NCBI GenBank assembly: GCA_964572255.1
Contig: CAZNEE010000002.1
Location: 36,103-100,102 of the forward strand
Source: an uncultured Planctomycetia bacterium
GTDB taxonomy: Bacteria; Omnitrophota; Gorgyraeia; Tantalellales; Tantalellaceae
Direction of reading: 5' to 3'
DNA length: 64,000 nt
Shown: positions 8,233 through 17,942 of the stretch, piece after piece
How the letters are laid out: every line of letters begins with the position of its first letter
Position numbering within the stretch: position 1 is the stretch's first letter
Program-made: the position numbers and the translations under genes
The notes under the pieces: generated by a model
Seen by the model: the letters and a program-made list of their open reading frames with translations, nothing else
Database searches by the model: none
Told to the model about the DNA's origin: nothing

Positions 8233-11200
8233 TTAGTCTTTTTCTTCCTTTTTCCTGTCGGAGCCTGAACGAAAAAGTTCAAAACGATTGAGGTATTTTT
8301 CCTGGATATCCTGCATATAGAGGAATATTCCCGGCGTGACAAAAAGCGTTATGACCTGAGCAAACGCAAGACCTCCGACTATTATAAGCCCGAGCGGCCT
8401 TCTGGATGCTCCGTCCGCGCCAAAACCTAACGCGATGGGTATGGCACCCATTATAGTGGAAAGTCCAGTCATGAGTATCGGCCGGAAACGAACCACACAA
8501 GCATTGTATATCGCATCAAAATTAGTGGTGTTGCCTTCAGAGAGGTTCTGCTCGGCGAAATCGACCATCATGATACCGTTTTTTGAAACTATCCCCAAAA
8601 GCATGAACATCCCGATATAGGCATACAATGAAAGTTCAGCCCTGAAAAACAATAATGTCAAAAGGCCTCCGAATGCGGCGACAGGCAAGGTTGTAAGCAC
8701 GGTAAAGGGATGGATGTAACTTTCATAAAGGATGCCGAGAATAACATACATGATAAAAACGGAAACAAGAAGAAGCATGCCGAGATTTCCCACAGCTTCC
8801 TCAAATTCCTGCGCTTCCCCCTGAAAAGTACCGCTTATTTCCGAAGGAAGAATGCCTTTGGCGGTTTGATCAAGCAGTTTGGTCGCTTTTCCGAGAGGAA
8901 CGCCTCCCTTGATATTAAAAGAGATCGTCGCCGAATTGAGCTGGTCATAATGCGGTACGCTTTGCGGCCCTACAGTCTCTTCCCATTCGGCAACAGCGCT
9001 TAAAGGAACAAGCTGATCATTAATCTGCGAACGCACATATATGCGTGAAAGGTTCTCCGGATCTTTACTGTATTTTTTATCAAGCTCGACTATAACATCA
9101 TACTGATCTACGTCAGTTTTGTATGTGGTGACCTTCCCGCCTGAGTAAGCGAGGCTTAAAGCGTATTCGATATCTCTTGCCGTAACCCCGAGAGTTGATG
9201 CTCGGTCACGCAGTATTGTCACTTCAAGCTGAGGCATATCCAGTTTGACGCTATTTTGGATATCAACAAAGTCAGGCATATCTTTCATCATATTCTCAAG
9301 TTGCAAAGCCGCGTTGTATAATTTTTCACGGTCACTTCCCGTTAACACATAGGAATACTGACTGCCGGCAGCCGTGCTTTCGCCGCCGGCGCTTAATGAA
9401 AGTGAAGGCATTGCCTGGAGGAACGCAAAGCCTAAAGGCAGTTTTGCCATTTCTCCGCGCAAAGCCTGGACTACTTTAGCTATCGGCCCTCTTTTATTGA
9501 CGGGCCTTAATGTGGCAAAAAAAGGTCCTGTGCTCTGGTCCGCTCCGGGCTGCAACCCTGTCACGGATATTACTTTTTCCACCGCAGGGTTGCTTAATAA
9601 TACGTTATTTACCTGATCCTGGAATTTCCGCATCTGTGTTGTAGATGTTCCCTGCGGCACCACCATTTGTCCCATGACCGCGCCCGAGTCTCCTTCGGGC
9701 ATGAAGGTTTTAGGAAGGACCGTAAACAGCCATAACGTGCCTAAAATACATACCGCCCACGCTATAACGGCAACATACCGGTGTTCCAAGAGCCACCTGA
9801 GCAGGACTTTATATTTATCGACCATACGCCCTACAAATTTATCAGTAAACTTCTCAAGCTTGGTTTTTACCGCTGAAACGCCTTTGAGCATGCGTCCGCA
9901 CATCATAGGCGTTAAAGTAAGAGCTATTATCGTTGAGCAAACTATCGCGAAAACAACCGTAAGAGCGAACTCGCTGAAATTGCGTCCGACTACGCCGCCC
10001 ATAAAAACTAACGGTACGAACACAGTTACAAGTGCGACGCTGGTCGAGATAACCGTTCCCGTGATCTCACCCATGCTCTTTATCGCCGCCTGGAGGGGTT
10101 TTTCCCCGGACTGTATATGACGTACTGTATTTTCAAGAACAACAATGGCGTCGTCAACAAGAAAGCCCACTGAAAGCGTAAGCCCCATCAGCGAAAGGTT
10201 ATCGAGACTGAAACCCGCCGCCCACATTGCAATAAAAGTTCCTATGATCGCTATAGGAAGAACTGTGCCCGGTATTACTGTATCGGTAATACGCCCAAGA
10301 AAAAGAAATATCACCATGACAACAAGAAAAAGCGCTATAAAGATGGTGTTCTTGACGTCCTTTACCGATTCGATTATAGATACCGCTTTATCATAAAAAA
10401 CTTCAAGCTGTACGGACCCGGGAAGTTCTCTTCGGAGTTTCTCCACAGTTGCGTTTATCTGCCCGCTGACAGCTACGGTATTTGCCCCGCCCTGACGATA
10501 TACAGCAATAACAACGGAACCTCCCCTCATCTTTCCGCCGCTATGGCCGTACATAACGTTGACGACATCGTTATCAAGACTATCGACACACCTTGCTATC
10601 TCACCAAGTTTAATAGGGGCTTTATTGCGATACGCGACGATCAGTTCCTCATAATCCTTTGCCTTTAATAGCTGCCCTTGCGGTTCGATAGAAAAAGTCC
10701 GGAAGTCCCCGTTTAAACTACCCGCAGGAATAGTTACGGTCCCGCTTTCCAGCACCCCGGCGATCTCATCAATGCCTATTTGAAATGCCGCAAGCTTGTC
10801 AGGATCGACCTGAATTCTTATGGCAGTTTTTGCTCCCCATACCTGGACCTGTGAAACTCCGCTTATAATGCTTATCTTTTGCCCTATTGTCCTGTTGCCG
10901 TAATCATACAGCTGTCCGGGCGTCATCGTATCCGAAGTTACCATAAGATAAATTATGGGAGAATCCGACGGGTTCACTTTGGAATATGTGGGCGGCTGAG
11001 GCAGATCACTCGGCAGATTGGACATCGCCCGGGAAATGGCAGCCTGGACATCAGGCGCCGCAAGATCGATATTTCTGTCAAGATCAAATGTCAAAATGAT
11101 CTTTGATACGCCCTCATTGTTCTCTGATATGACCGCCTGCAGACCGGGTATTTCCATGCATTCGTTTTCAAGAGGTGACGCTACGGTAGATGCCATAGTG

Positions 11201-11370
11201 GAAGGGCTTGCCCCGGGGTAAGAAACAGTAATGAGCATAACAGGATAATCCACTGAAGGCAGGTCACTTATAGGAAGCCTATGATAACACGCTATTCCGA
11301 ATATAAGAATAGCCGACATGATGAGCACTGTCATTATAGGTTTTCTTATGAACCTTTCAGAAAAACTCAT
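8233..11370 (-). CDS. RND efflux permease (MdtB/MdtC-like)
   Basis: 1045 aa; GFLVDDAIVVLEN and RFRPILMT motifs. Confidence 0.95.
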   Translation of the reverse strand: MSFSERFIRKPIMTVLIMSAILIFGIACYHRLPISDLPSVDYPVMLITVSYPGASPSTMASTVASPLENECMEIPGLQAVISENNEGVSKIILTFDLDRNIDLAAPDVQAAISRAMSNLPSDLPQPPTYSKVNPSDSPIIYLMVTSDTMTPGQLYDYGNRTIGQKISIISGVSQVQVWGAKTAIRIQVDPDKLAAFQIGIDEIAGVLESGTVTIPAGSLNGDFRTFSIEPQGQLLKAKDYEELIVAYRNKAPIKLGEIARCVDSLDNDVVNVMYGHSGGKMRGGSVVIAVYRQGGANTVAVSGQINATVEKLRRELPGSVQLEVFYDKAVSIIESVKDVKNTIFIALFLVVMVIFLFLGRITDTVIPGTVLPIAIIGTFIAMWAAGFSLDNLSLMGLTLSVGFLVDDAIVVLENTVRHIQSGEKPLQAAIKSMGEITGTVISTSVALVTVFVPLVFMGGVVGRNFSEFALTVVFAIVCSTIIALTLTPMMCGRMLKGVSAVKTKLEKFTDKFVGRMVDKYKVLLRWLLEHRYVAVIAWAVCILGTLWLFTVLPKTFMPEGDSGAVMGQMVVPQGTSTTQMRKFQDQVNNVLLSNPAVEKVISVTGLQPGADQSTGPFFATLRPVNKRGPIAKVVQALRGEMAKLPLGFAFLQAMPSLSLSAGGESTAAGSQYSYVLTGSDREKLYNAALQLENMMKDMPDFVDIQNSVKLDMPQLEVTILRDRASTLGVTARDIEYALSLAYSGGKVTTYKTDVDQYDVIVELDKKYSKDPENLSRIYVRSQINDQLVPLSAVAEWEETVGPQSVPHYDQLNSATISFNIKGGVPLGKATKLLDQTAKGILPSEISGTFQGEAQEFEEAVGNLGMLLLVSVFIMYVILGILYESYIHPFTVLTTLPVAAFGGLLTLLFFRAELSLYAYIGMFMLLGIVSKNGIMMVDFAEQNLSEGNTTNFDAIYNACVVRFRPILMTGLSTIMGAIPIALGFGADGASRRPLGLIIVGGLAFAQVITLFVTPGIFLYMQDIQEKYLNRFELFRSGSDRKKEEKD

Positions 11371-12557
11371 CTACTCTTACGCTTTCCTTTCTTCTCTTGC
11401 TCTTTTTGCTGGGTTACATCTACTGTCGGCACGCCCGGGCTTAATCCCATCTGACCGACCGTCACGACCGTTTCGCCTTTTTTGACGCCTTTTTCAATTG
11501 CAATATTATCGCCGTCACGCATCCCGGTCTCGACTATTCTAAGGTCGGCAGTCTTCTTTGGGGTTACTACATAAAGATATTCACCCTGCTGGCCAAGCTG
11601 AACCGCTTCGTAAGGAACTACTACAGCCCCCTGCTCTGTCCTTAATACAAGCCTCACCTGGACAAATTGACCCGGCCACAGATCATGATTTTCATTAGGC
11701 ACTGTTGCCCTTAAAGAGACCGTACCGGTAGTATCATCTACCGTATTATCAAGAAAACTAAGTTCACCCACATAAGGCCCGTTCTTGTCTCCGTCTACCC
11801 TTATCTCAACTTTTAACTTTTCATCCGTCATGGAATCCCTCAATTCCGGAAGTTTTCTTTCAGGGATCGTAAAATCCACATATAAGGGGTCTATCGTCTT
11901 GATATTGACAAGCGCTGGGCCTGAGTTCGCGGTCACTATATTTCCCGCATCTACCTGGCGTTTGCCGGTTATGCCGTCTATGGGGGATTTTATGTAACAG
12001 TACTCAAGATTCAGCTGTGCGGTTTTAAGGTTAGCTTTATCCGCTTCGACCTGGGCCTGAGCGGCAGCCACATCGGTCTGGTATGTATTGAACTGCTGTT
12101 CCGAGACAAGCTGTTTTTCAAAAAGCGGTTTGTTCCTTTCCAAAATATCTTTTTTAAGCCCAAGATCCGCAAGATCACCGGCTAAAGCTGCCTGAGCCTT
12201 GGCCTCGGCTGCTTTGTACTGTTCCGGGTCGATAATAAAGAGAAGATCGCCCTTTTTAACGGTATCGCCTTCGCTGAAATGAACTTCCTTTATCTCACCT
12301 GTAACCTGACTTTTTATGTCTACGTTGTAAAGCGCGGCCAGATCACCGAATGAATCCATGTAAATGGGGACATCTTTACTTGTTGCGACTCGTGTCTGCA
12401 CGGGCCGCGGCGGAATAGCCTGCCCCCGTCGGCTTGCAATACAACCTCGCAGGTGCGACAGCGCCATAATAACCGCAAAAATAATGACAATGCGCCAGAC
12501 GAGTTTTTTGTTTGCGAGAAATTCCTTTATTTTATCCTGAATGTTCTTCTTATCCAT
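11367..12557 (-). CDS. RND periplasmic adaptor (MdtA-like)
   Basis: Lipoyl halves (VKKGDLLF, IKSPIDG), DNTVDxTTGT; overlaps the permease gene. Confidence 0.95.
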   Translation of the reverse strand: MDKKNIQDKIKEFLANKKLVWRIVIIFAVIMALSHLRGCIASRRGQAIPPRPVQTRVATSKDVPIYMDSFGDLAALYNVDIKSQVTGEIKEVHFSEGDTVKKGDLLFIIDPEQYKAAEAKAQAALAGDLADLGLKKDILERNKPLFEKQLVSEQQFNTYQTDVAAAQAQVEADKANLKTAQLNLEYCYIKSPIDGITGKRQVDAGNIVTANSGPALVNIKTIDPLYVDFTIPERKLPELRDSMTDEKLKVEIRVDGDKNGPYVGELSFLDNTVDDTTGTVSLRATVPNENHDLWPGQFVQVRLVLRTEQGAVVVPYEAVQLGQQGEYLYVVTPKKTADLRIVETGMRDGDNIAIEKGVKKGETVVTVGQMGLSPGVPTVDVTQQKEQEKKGKRKSR

Positions 12558-12560
12558 CTT

Positions 12561-14030
12561 TTATTCCTTCTCTTTTAAATATTCACCGGATCCCTGGATC
12601 CCAAGTGATCCCGTGGCATGCGCTATTCCCGACAAAGCAACTAATAGATCTTTTTTTGATTGCACGAGTTTGCTCCGGGCATCCGCAAGATCGCTCTGTG
12701 CCTGGAGTACGTCCAGTATATTTTTTACGCCGGATTTATAACCTTCAAGCGCCAGATTATACGATTCTTCCGAACTTCTGAAAAAAGCCTTACTGAAATC
12801 AAATTTAGAAACAGAAGTTTTGAACGCATAATATTTCGTCCACACATCCCCGCTTGCGGCCAACTCGTTCTGTATCAGCTGTTCCCGTTCCGCTTTAGCC
12901 GTACTCTGGGCTTCTTTCAGTTCGGCATAATTTTTAAACCCATCGAAAACATCCCAGGAAACCTTTAAAAAACCGGTATACTCATAATAGTTTTTATACG
13001 CTTTGCTGTCGCCAAAATATTCCGTCCATCTTTTTGCGGCCGTACTGCCTACAGACAATGACGGCAATAGATCCGAAAAAGCGCCTTTTACGGCATCCTG
13101 CTTGGCAAGCAAAGTCGCACGGGAAGCCGCTATATCCGGGCGTCTGCTTATAGCTTCCTCTATGAGTTTTGAGACATCCTGTTTTGTCAGTTCAGTCGGT
13201 ATTTTCCACTTGGGCTCGCTGATATCAAAATCAGTATCCGCGGATACTCCCAGGACTTCAGCGAGATCCGCTTTGGCGCCTGCCAAATTTGCCTTGGCCT
13301 CTTCCAATTCAAAAAGCGACTCGTCATAACTGGCCTTTGACTGAAGCATGTCAAGTCTGGTGCCGACGCCGACATCAAATCTTTGCTTTGCGGCGTCATA
13401 TGACGCTTTGGCATCTTCGGTATTGGCGACAGCGGCATCCAGTGAGGATTTAGCGCTGTATAACGCATAATAAGATGTTTCCACATTAAGTATGAGATCC
13501 TGCATGGATTGATTAAATTCAAAGTTTGCCGCAAGGACTGAATGGTGAGCTTCTGTCAGGGAAGCCGCTCTTCCCCCGAAATCAAACGCAAGAATACTGG
13601 CGCTTAACGCTCCCCCGTAACTTCTCGTATTGAACTCATCCGACTTCTGGTCAGCGACTTTTCTGTCTTTAGTAAGATCTCCCGCAAACGTGACCAAAGG
13701 ATACCAAGCGCTCCTGGCCTGCGCTCTTACAGCTTCTTCGGCCTTGGCGTTATGCCACGCCTTGCTTGTAGAAGGATTGTTTTTTAAGGCTATATTTATA
13801 AGTTCGATAAGCGTAAGCTTGTCCGAAAGTTCCGTTTTTTCTTCTCTTTTGCGGATAGAACCCCACACATTATCCGTTCTTTTTAAGGATCTCTCCCATT
13901 TGGGCGGCATCCACATTTCATCCGGTCTTGAAGGCGCTTTAAGCGAGTGGCAACCGGCAAGAAATACGGCCAGGACAATAAAAAAGAACAAACCCGATCT
14001 ATTCATTTTAGCTTTATGCATGTTTTTCAC
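12561..14030 (-). CDS. TolC-family outer-membrane efflux lipoprotein
   Basis: Lipobox LAGC; two OEP repeats (ALKNNP, RRPDI). Confidence 0.9.
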   Translation of the reverse strand: MKNMHKAKMNRSGLFFFIVLAVFLAGCHSLKAPSRPDEMWMPPKWERSLKRTDNVWGSIRKREEKTELSDKLTLIELINIALKNNPSTSKAWHNAKAEEAVRAQARSAWYPLVTFAGDLTKDRKVADQKSDEFNTRSYGGALSASILAFDFGGRAASLTEAHHSVLAANFEFNQSMQDLILNVETSYYALYSAKSSLDAAVANTEDAKASYDAAKQRFDVGVGTRLDMLQSKASYDESLFELEEAKANLAGAKADLAEVLGVSADTDFDISEPKWKIPTELTKQDVSKLIEEAISRRPDIAASRATLLAKQDAVKGAFSDLLPSLSVGSTAAKRWTEYFGDSKAYKNYYEYTGFLKVSWDVFDGFKNYAELKEAQSTAKAEREQLIQNELAASGDVWTKYYAFKTSVSKFDFSKAFFRSSEESYNLALEGYKSGVKNILDVLQAQSDLADARSKLVQSKKDLLVALSGIAHATGSLGIQGSGEYLKEKE

Positions 14031-14275
14031 TCTTCCAGAGCCTTTATCTCTCTTTTTCTTTGTATGTATTCGGTCCTGGTCAGAGATCCTTCCTGATACT
14101 CTCTCTCAAGATCCCGCATCATTCTTTTAAATCTTACGGTATGCTCTTTCCGCGGTTCCAATTGGCAAATATCTGCTCCATCATAGTCCCTATCGCGCGA
14201 ACATTCTTGTGCATATAAAAATGAACTTCCCGCTGCAAACAACAAACACATTATTAATAATATACATTCCCTCAT
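14027..14275 (-). CDS. Small secreted hypothetical protein with SHOCT-like C-terminus
   Basis: Signal peptide from ATG 14275, Cys pair, C-terminal YQEGSLTRTEYIQRKREI. Confidence 0.55.
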   Translation of the reverse strand: MRECILLIMCLLFAAGSSFLYAQECSRDRDYDGADICQLEPRKEHTVRFKRMMRDLEREYQEGSLTRTEYIQRKREIKALEE

Positions 14276-14279
14276 AATA

Positions 14280-14909
14280 TTATCCTTCCGCCGCATCTTT
14301 TCGTCTCCACACAAGCAAAATAACAGGAACTAAAAAATATAACATTACCCCGAGCTTTGGAAGAATTAAAGAAACAAAGATCGCACACAGTGAAACTGCC
14401 GGTATAAGCAGGTTTCTTTTTTTGTAAAATTCAATTACATCCTGTTTCAGATCGGCATTCACAAAACGGCGCTTGTGCGTGGAGTATGCCCAATGCGCAA
14501 AAAATATCAGGCCCGCAATAAGCAGATTAAATTCAAATAACAATGCAGCGGTGCGTGTGTTACTGTAATCGCCTAATATTACCGTGGAAAAAGGTATAAG
14601 CCCTATGAACATGAGAGCCGCAATGTTAATAAAAAGCATTGCTTTATCGACAGATCTTATAAAATGGAACTGACGGTGATGCTGGTACCAAAACACCCCC
14701 AGAATAATGAAACTTTCCACGTAATGCACAAAATCCGGCCAAAGTTTCATGAGGGATCTTATCAGATATCTTTCGTTACCCGTCGTCGGCTGGTTAAATA
14801 TAGGTTCGAAACTTAAGACAAGGATGGTCATCGCGATCGCAAATATGCCGTCGCTAAGCGCTTCGATCCGGCTGGTCTTTAATTCCATTTTAACGTTTTC
14901 CTGGTTCAT
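14280..14909 (-). CDS. TMEM175-family potassium channel
   Basis: RIEALSDGIFAIAMTIL (RxxxFSD-type) and W..HH motifs. Confidence 0.9.
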   Translation of the reverse strand: MNQENVKMELKTSRIEALSDGIFAIAMTILVLSFEPIFNQPTTGNERYLIRSLMKLWPDFVHYVESFIILGVFWYQHHRQFHFIRSVDKAMLFINIAALMFIGLIPFSTVILGDYSNTRTAALLFEFNLLIAGLIFFAHWAYSTHKRRFVNADLKQDVIEFYKKRNLLIPAVSLCAIFVSLILPKLGVMLYFLVPVILLVWRRKDAAEG

Positions 14910-14924
14910 AAATGCTCCCTTGAT

Positions 14925-16007
14925 CTAAAACCACTTTTTCCTTTTGAAAAAGATCGCCATCGCCGCCGCAACAAGCACCATCAGCCCCAGAGCGAACGGA
15001 TATCCAAAATACCAGTTAAGCTCGGGCATGTTAAAGGGTGATCTCTGAGGATTAAAATTCATCCCGTAAATACCGGCAACAAAAGTAAGGGGTATGAATA
15101 TAGCAGCGAATATCGTAAGCACTTTCATCACTTCATTCATGCGGTTACTGACGCTTGAAAGATAAATATCCAGCATGCCGGAAACCATCTCCCTGAATGT
15201 CTCGACATTATCTATGACCTGTATCGTGTGGTCATATAGATCCCTAAGATAAATAGAGGTATTTTCACTTATCAGTGTTATTTCTCTCCTGTCCAGAATG
15301 TTTATAACCTCCCTCAATGGCCACACGGCTTTTCGCAAAAAGATCATGTCCCCTTTTAATCCATGTATCGTCTGAAGCGTATTGGGAGTCGGATTCTTAA
15401 CAAGATCCTCCTCCATGCTTTCTATCTTTTCACCGATCCTCTCCAGTATCAAAAAATAGTTGTCAATTATAGCGTCAAGAAGTGAATATGCCAGGTAGTC
15501 CGCGCCCATTTTTCTTACGCGGCCTTTTGCATTTCTTATCCTTTCCCTTATTGCATCAAAAACATCCCCTTCCTTTTCCTGGAAAGATATTACATAATTC
15601 GGACCGAGAATAATGCTCACCTGCTCCGCGATTATCTTGTCGCCGTCACCGTCAGCATAAAGCATTTTTAATACAATAAATACACACTTCTCGAAATCTT
15701 CTATCTTCGGACGCTGGCCGGTATTAACAACGTCTTCCAGGATAAGGGGATGAAAATCAAAATGTTTGCCGAGTTTCTCCATCAGTTCTATGTCATGAAG
15801 GCCGTCTATATTGATCCATGTAACTGTTGAAGTATCCTTAAAGGGAAAACATTCCTCGATCCTTTCGACTTTCTTCTCTTGGAACCCGTCTTCATTATAA
15901 TCAAAAATGGTGATAGTAACCTTTTCAGTTTTTTTCTCTCCAATATAGATCAGTGTCCCCGGCGCGAGACCGGCTGTTTTTGATATTTTTTTTATGAGTC
16001 TTGGCAT
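14925..16007 (-). CDS. corA: Magnesium/cobalt transporter CorA
   Basis: YGMNF and MPEL motifs. Confidence 0.95.
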   Translation of the reverse strand: MPRLIKKISKTAGLAPGTLIYIGEKKTEKVTITIFDYNEDGFQEKKVERIEECFPFKDTSTVTWINIDGLHDIELMEKLGKHFDFHPLILEDVVNTGQRPKIEDFEKCVFIVLKMLYADGDGDKIIAEQVSIILGPNYVISFQEKEGDVFDAIRERIRNAKGRVRKMGADYLAYSLLDAIIDNYFLILERIGEKIESMEEDLVKNPTPNTLQTIHGLKGDMIFLRKAVWPLREVINILDRREITLISENTSIYLRDLYDHTIQVIDNVETFREMVSGMLDIYLSSVSNRMNEVMKVLTIFAAIFIPLTFVAGIYGMNFNPQRSPFNMPELNWYFGYPFALGLMVLVAAAMAIFFKRKKWF

Positions 16008-16036
16008 GATTTCCTCCTATCACGCTTTGTATATTT

Positions 16037-17842
16037 CTAAAACTTCCAAAAAATAGGGATCAGCACGGTAGACGCAATGAAGAACAAGATATTCAGCGGT
16101 ATCCCTACCTTTAGATAGTCGCGGAATTTATATCCTCCCGCGCCCTGAACTATAAGATTTGTTTGATATCCTATCGGGGTAGCAAAACTTGCGGACGCGG
16201 CGATCGCTATCGCAATGAAAAATGGTTTAGGGCTTACCCCCATCTGTGCGGCTGCCGAGAAGGCTATCGGAAATATTAATGCCGCGGCGGCATTGTTTGT
16301 GATTATTTCGGTAAAGACCGTTGTGAGAAGATAAATGCCTGCTAAAACGCCTATCGGTCCGAAATCTTTTACGATATCTATTATAAAACCTGCTATCGCG
16401 CTTGCGGCTCCGCTTTTCTGAAGGGCCTTACTTACCCCGAAAGCACAGGCGATCGTGATTATAACGTCCCACCTTATTGAATCGCGCGCTTCGGAATAAC
16501 TCACGCATCTTGTTGCCACAAGCAAAATAGCGGCAGCAAAAGCCGCGTGCAGCATGCCGATCTGCGAGCCCGCCAATTTGGGCATGTACCTGCCTACAGT
16601 TGCCGCTATGACCATCAAAGCGACTATCCCCATTGCGATAAAAGCCTTATCGTATCGCTTCGGTTTAACCGCTTTAACGTTGGATATAAGGTAAAAATCC
16701 TGAGAATTTCTCCATTTTCTCAGGAAATCAGATCTTGTCAATAAAAGCAAAGTGTCCCCTGCCCTGAGCTTGATACTTCCGACCTTGGATTTAACTCTTT
16801 CCCCGTTTCGATGAACGGCAATTACCCCGGCACCGTATTTTTCCCTAAAACGGCATTCTTTCACCGTCTGTCCTATAACAGGCGAACTCGAAGAAATAAC
16901 AGCTTCCAACAGATTCCTTCGCATGAACCCTATATCTTTTTCGACTCTTTCCTGTTCAACCGGGACCAGGCCCTTGATCTCATAGAGATCCACAACAGCG
17001 GATGTTACCCCGACAAATACCAGGATATCCTCTTCCGATATTTTTTCTTCACCGGAAACGGGGCCCAGCGGTTTTCCGTTCCTTTCGATCTCGATAAGAA
17101 AAAGCCCCCTTAAATTACGCAAGCCTGCATCTTTAATGGTTTTTCCTATTAGTTCGCATCCACCCTTCGCTTTCATCTCGATAATATATTCTTTGCTGTT
17201 CTCTTCGATAACCTCAACCATATCTTTTCTGTCAGGAAGAAGCCTTTTACCGATCAGCGCTAAATAAAGCCAGCCGATCACTGCGCAAGGAAGCCCTACC
17301 TGCGCCAGTTCGAACATTGAAATTCCCTGCATTTTATTGTCGAGCATTAAGCCGTGCACTACAAGGTTTGTCGATGTTCCTATAAGAGTACAGACGCCGC
17401 CGAAGATAGTGGCGTAAGATAATGGGATCAAGAACTTTGAAGGCGAAAAATTGAGCCTGGCTGCCCATCTTTTGACCATGGGGGTGAACATTATCACAAT
17501 GGGCGTGTTATTTAAAAATGCCGAAAGTGCACTTACCGGCACCATCATTCTCAGCAGCATCTTGGATAAACTTCCCTTTCGCCTGCGGTTGAGAAAAAGG
17601 TTCCCTATTCCTTCGAGAGCCCCGGTATTTTGCACGGCATAACTTACTATGAAAAGGATCGCAACTGTAAGCATCCCTTTATTGGAAAAACCGGAAAGTG
17701 CTTCAGTCGGCGTAATAATACCCGTGAGCATGAATGATGACAGTGCCAGAAAAAGAATAAAATCCGCGCTTGCGACCTCCAAAGCCAACCCGACTACCAT
17801 CCCTAGAATAACAAGAATTGCAAAATAGCCCGATAACTCCAT
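16037..17842 (-). CDS. SLC13/DASS permease with two TrkA-C domains
   Basis: SAFLNNTP, TLIGTSTN, TPIGYQTN; central TrkA-C repeats. Confidence 0.9.
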   Translation of the reverse strand: MELSGYFAILVILGMVVGLALEVASADFILFLALSSFMLTGIITPTEALSGFSNKGMLTVAILFIVSYAVQNTGALEGIGNLFLNRRRKGSLSKMLLRMMVPVSALSAFLNNTPIVIMFTPMVKRWAARLNFSPSKFLIPLSYATIFGGVCTLIGTSTNLVVHGLMLDNKMQGISMFELAQVGLPCAVIGWLYLALIGKRLLPDRKDMVEVIEENSKEYIIEMKAKGGCELIGKTIKDAGLRNLRGLFLIEIERNGKPLGPVSGEEKISEEDILVFVGVTSAVVDLYEIKGLVPVEQERVEKDIGFMRRNLLEAVISSSSPVIGQTVKECRFREKYGAGVIAVHRNGERVKSKVGSIKLRAGDTLLLLTRSDFLRKWRNSQDFYLISNVKAVKPKRYDKAFIAMGIVALMVIAATVGRYMPKLAGSQIGMLHAAFAAAILLVATRCVSYSEARDSIRWDVIITIACAFGVSKALQKSGAASAIAGFIIDIVKDFGPIGVLAGIYLLTTVFTEIITNNAAAALIFPIAFSAAAQMGVSPKPFFIAIAIAASASFATPIGYQTNLIVQGAGGYKFRDYLKVGIPLNILFFIASTVLIPIFWKF

Positions 17843-17942
17843 ACCCCCCCCCTTACATGCAACACATGAAAATAGGAAATAAAATTACAATATAATATTA
17901 TTTAATTATACATTCTCCACGATTAATATCAACAAAATCTTC

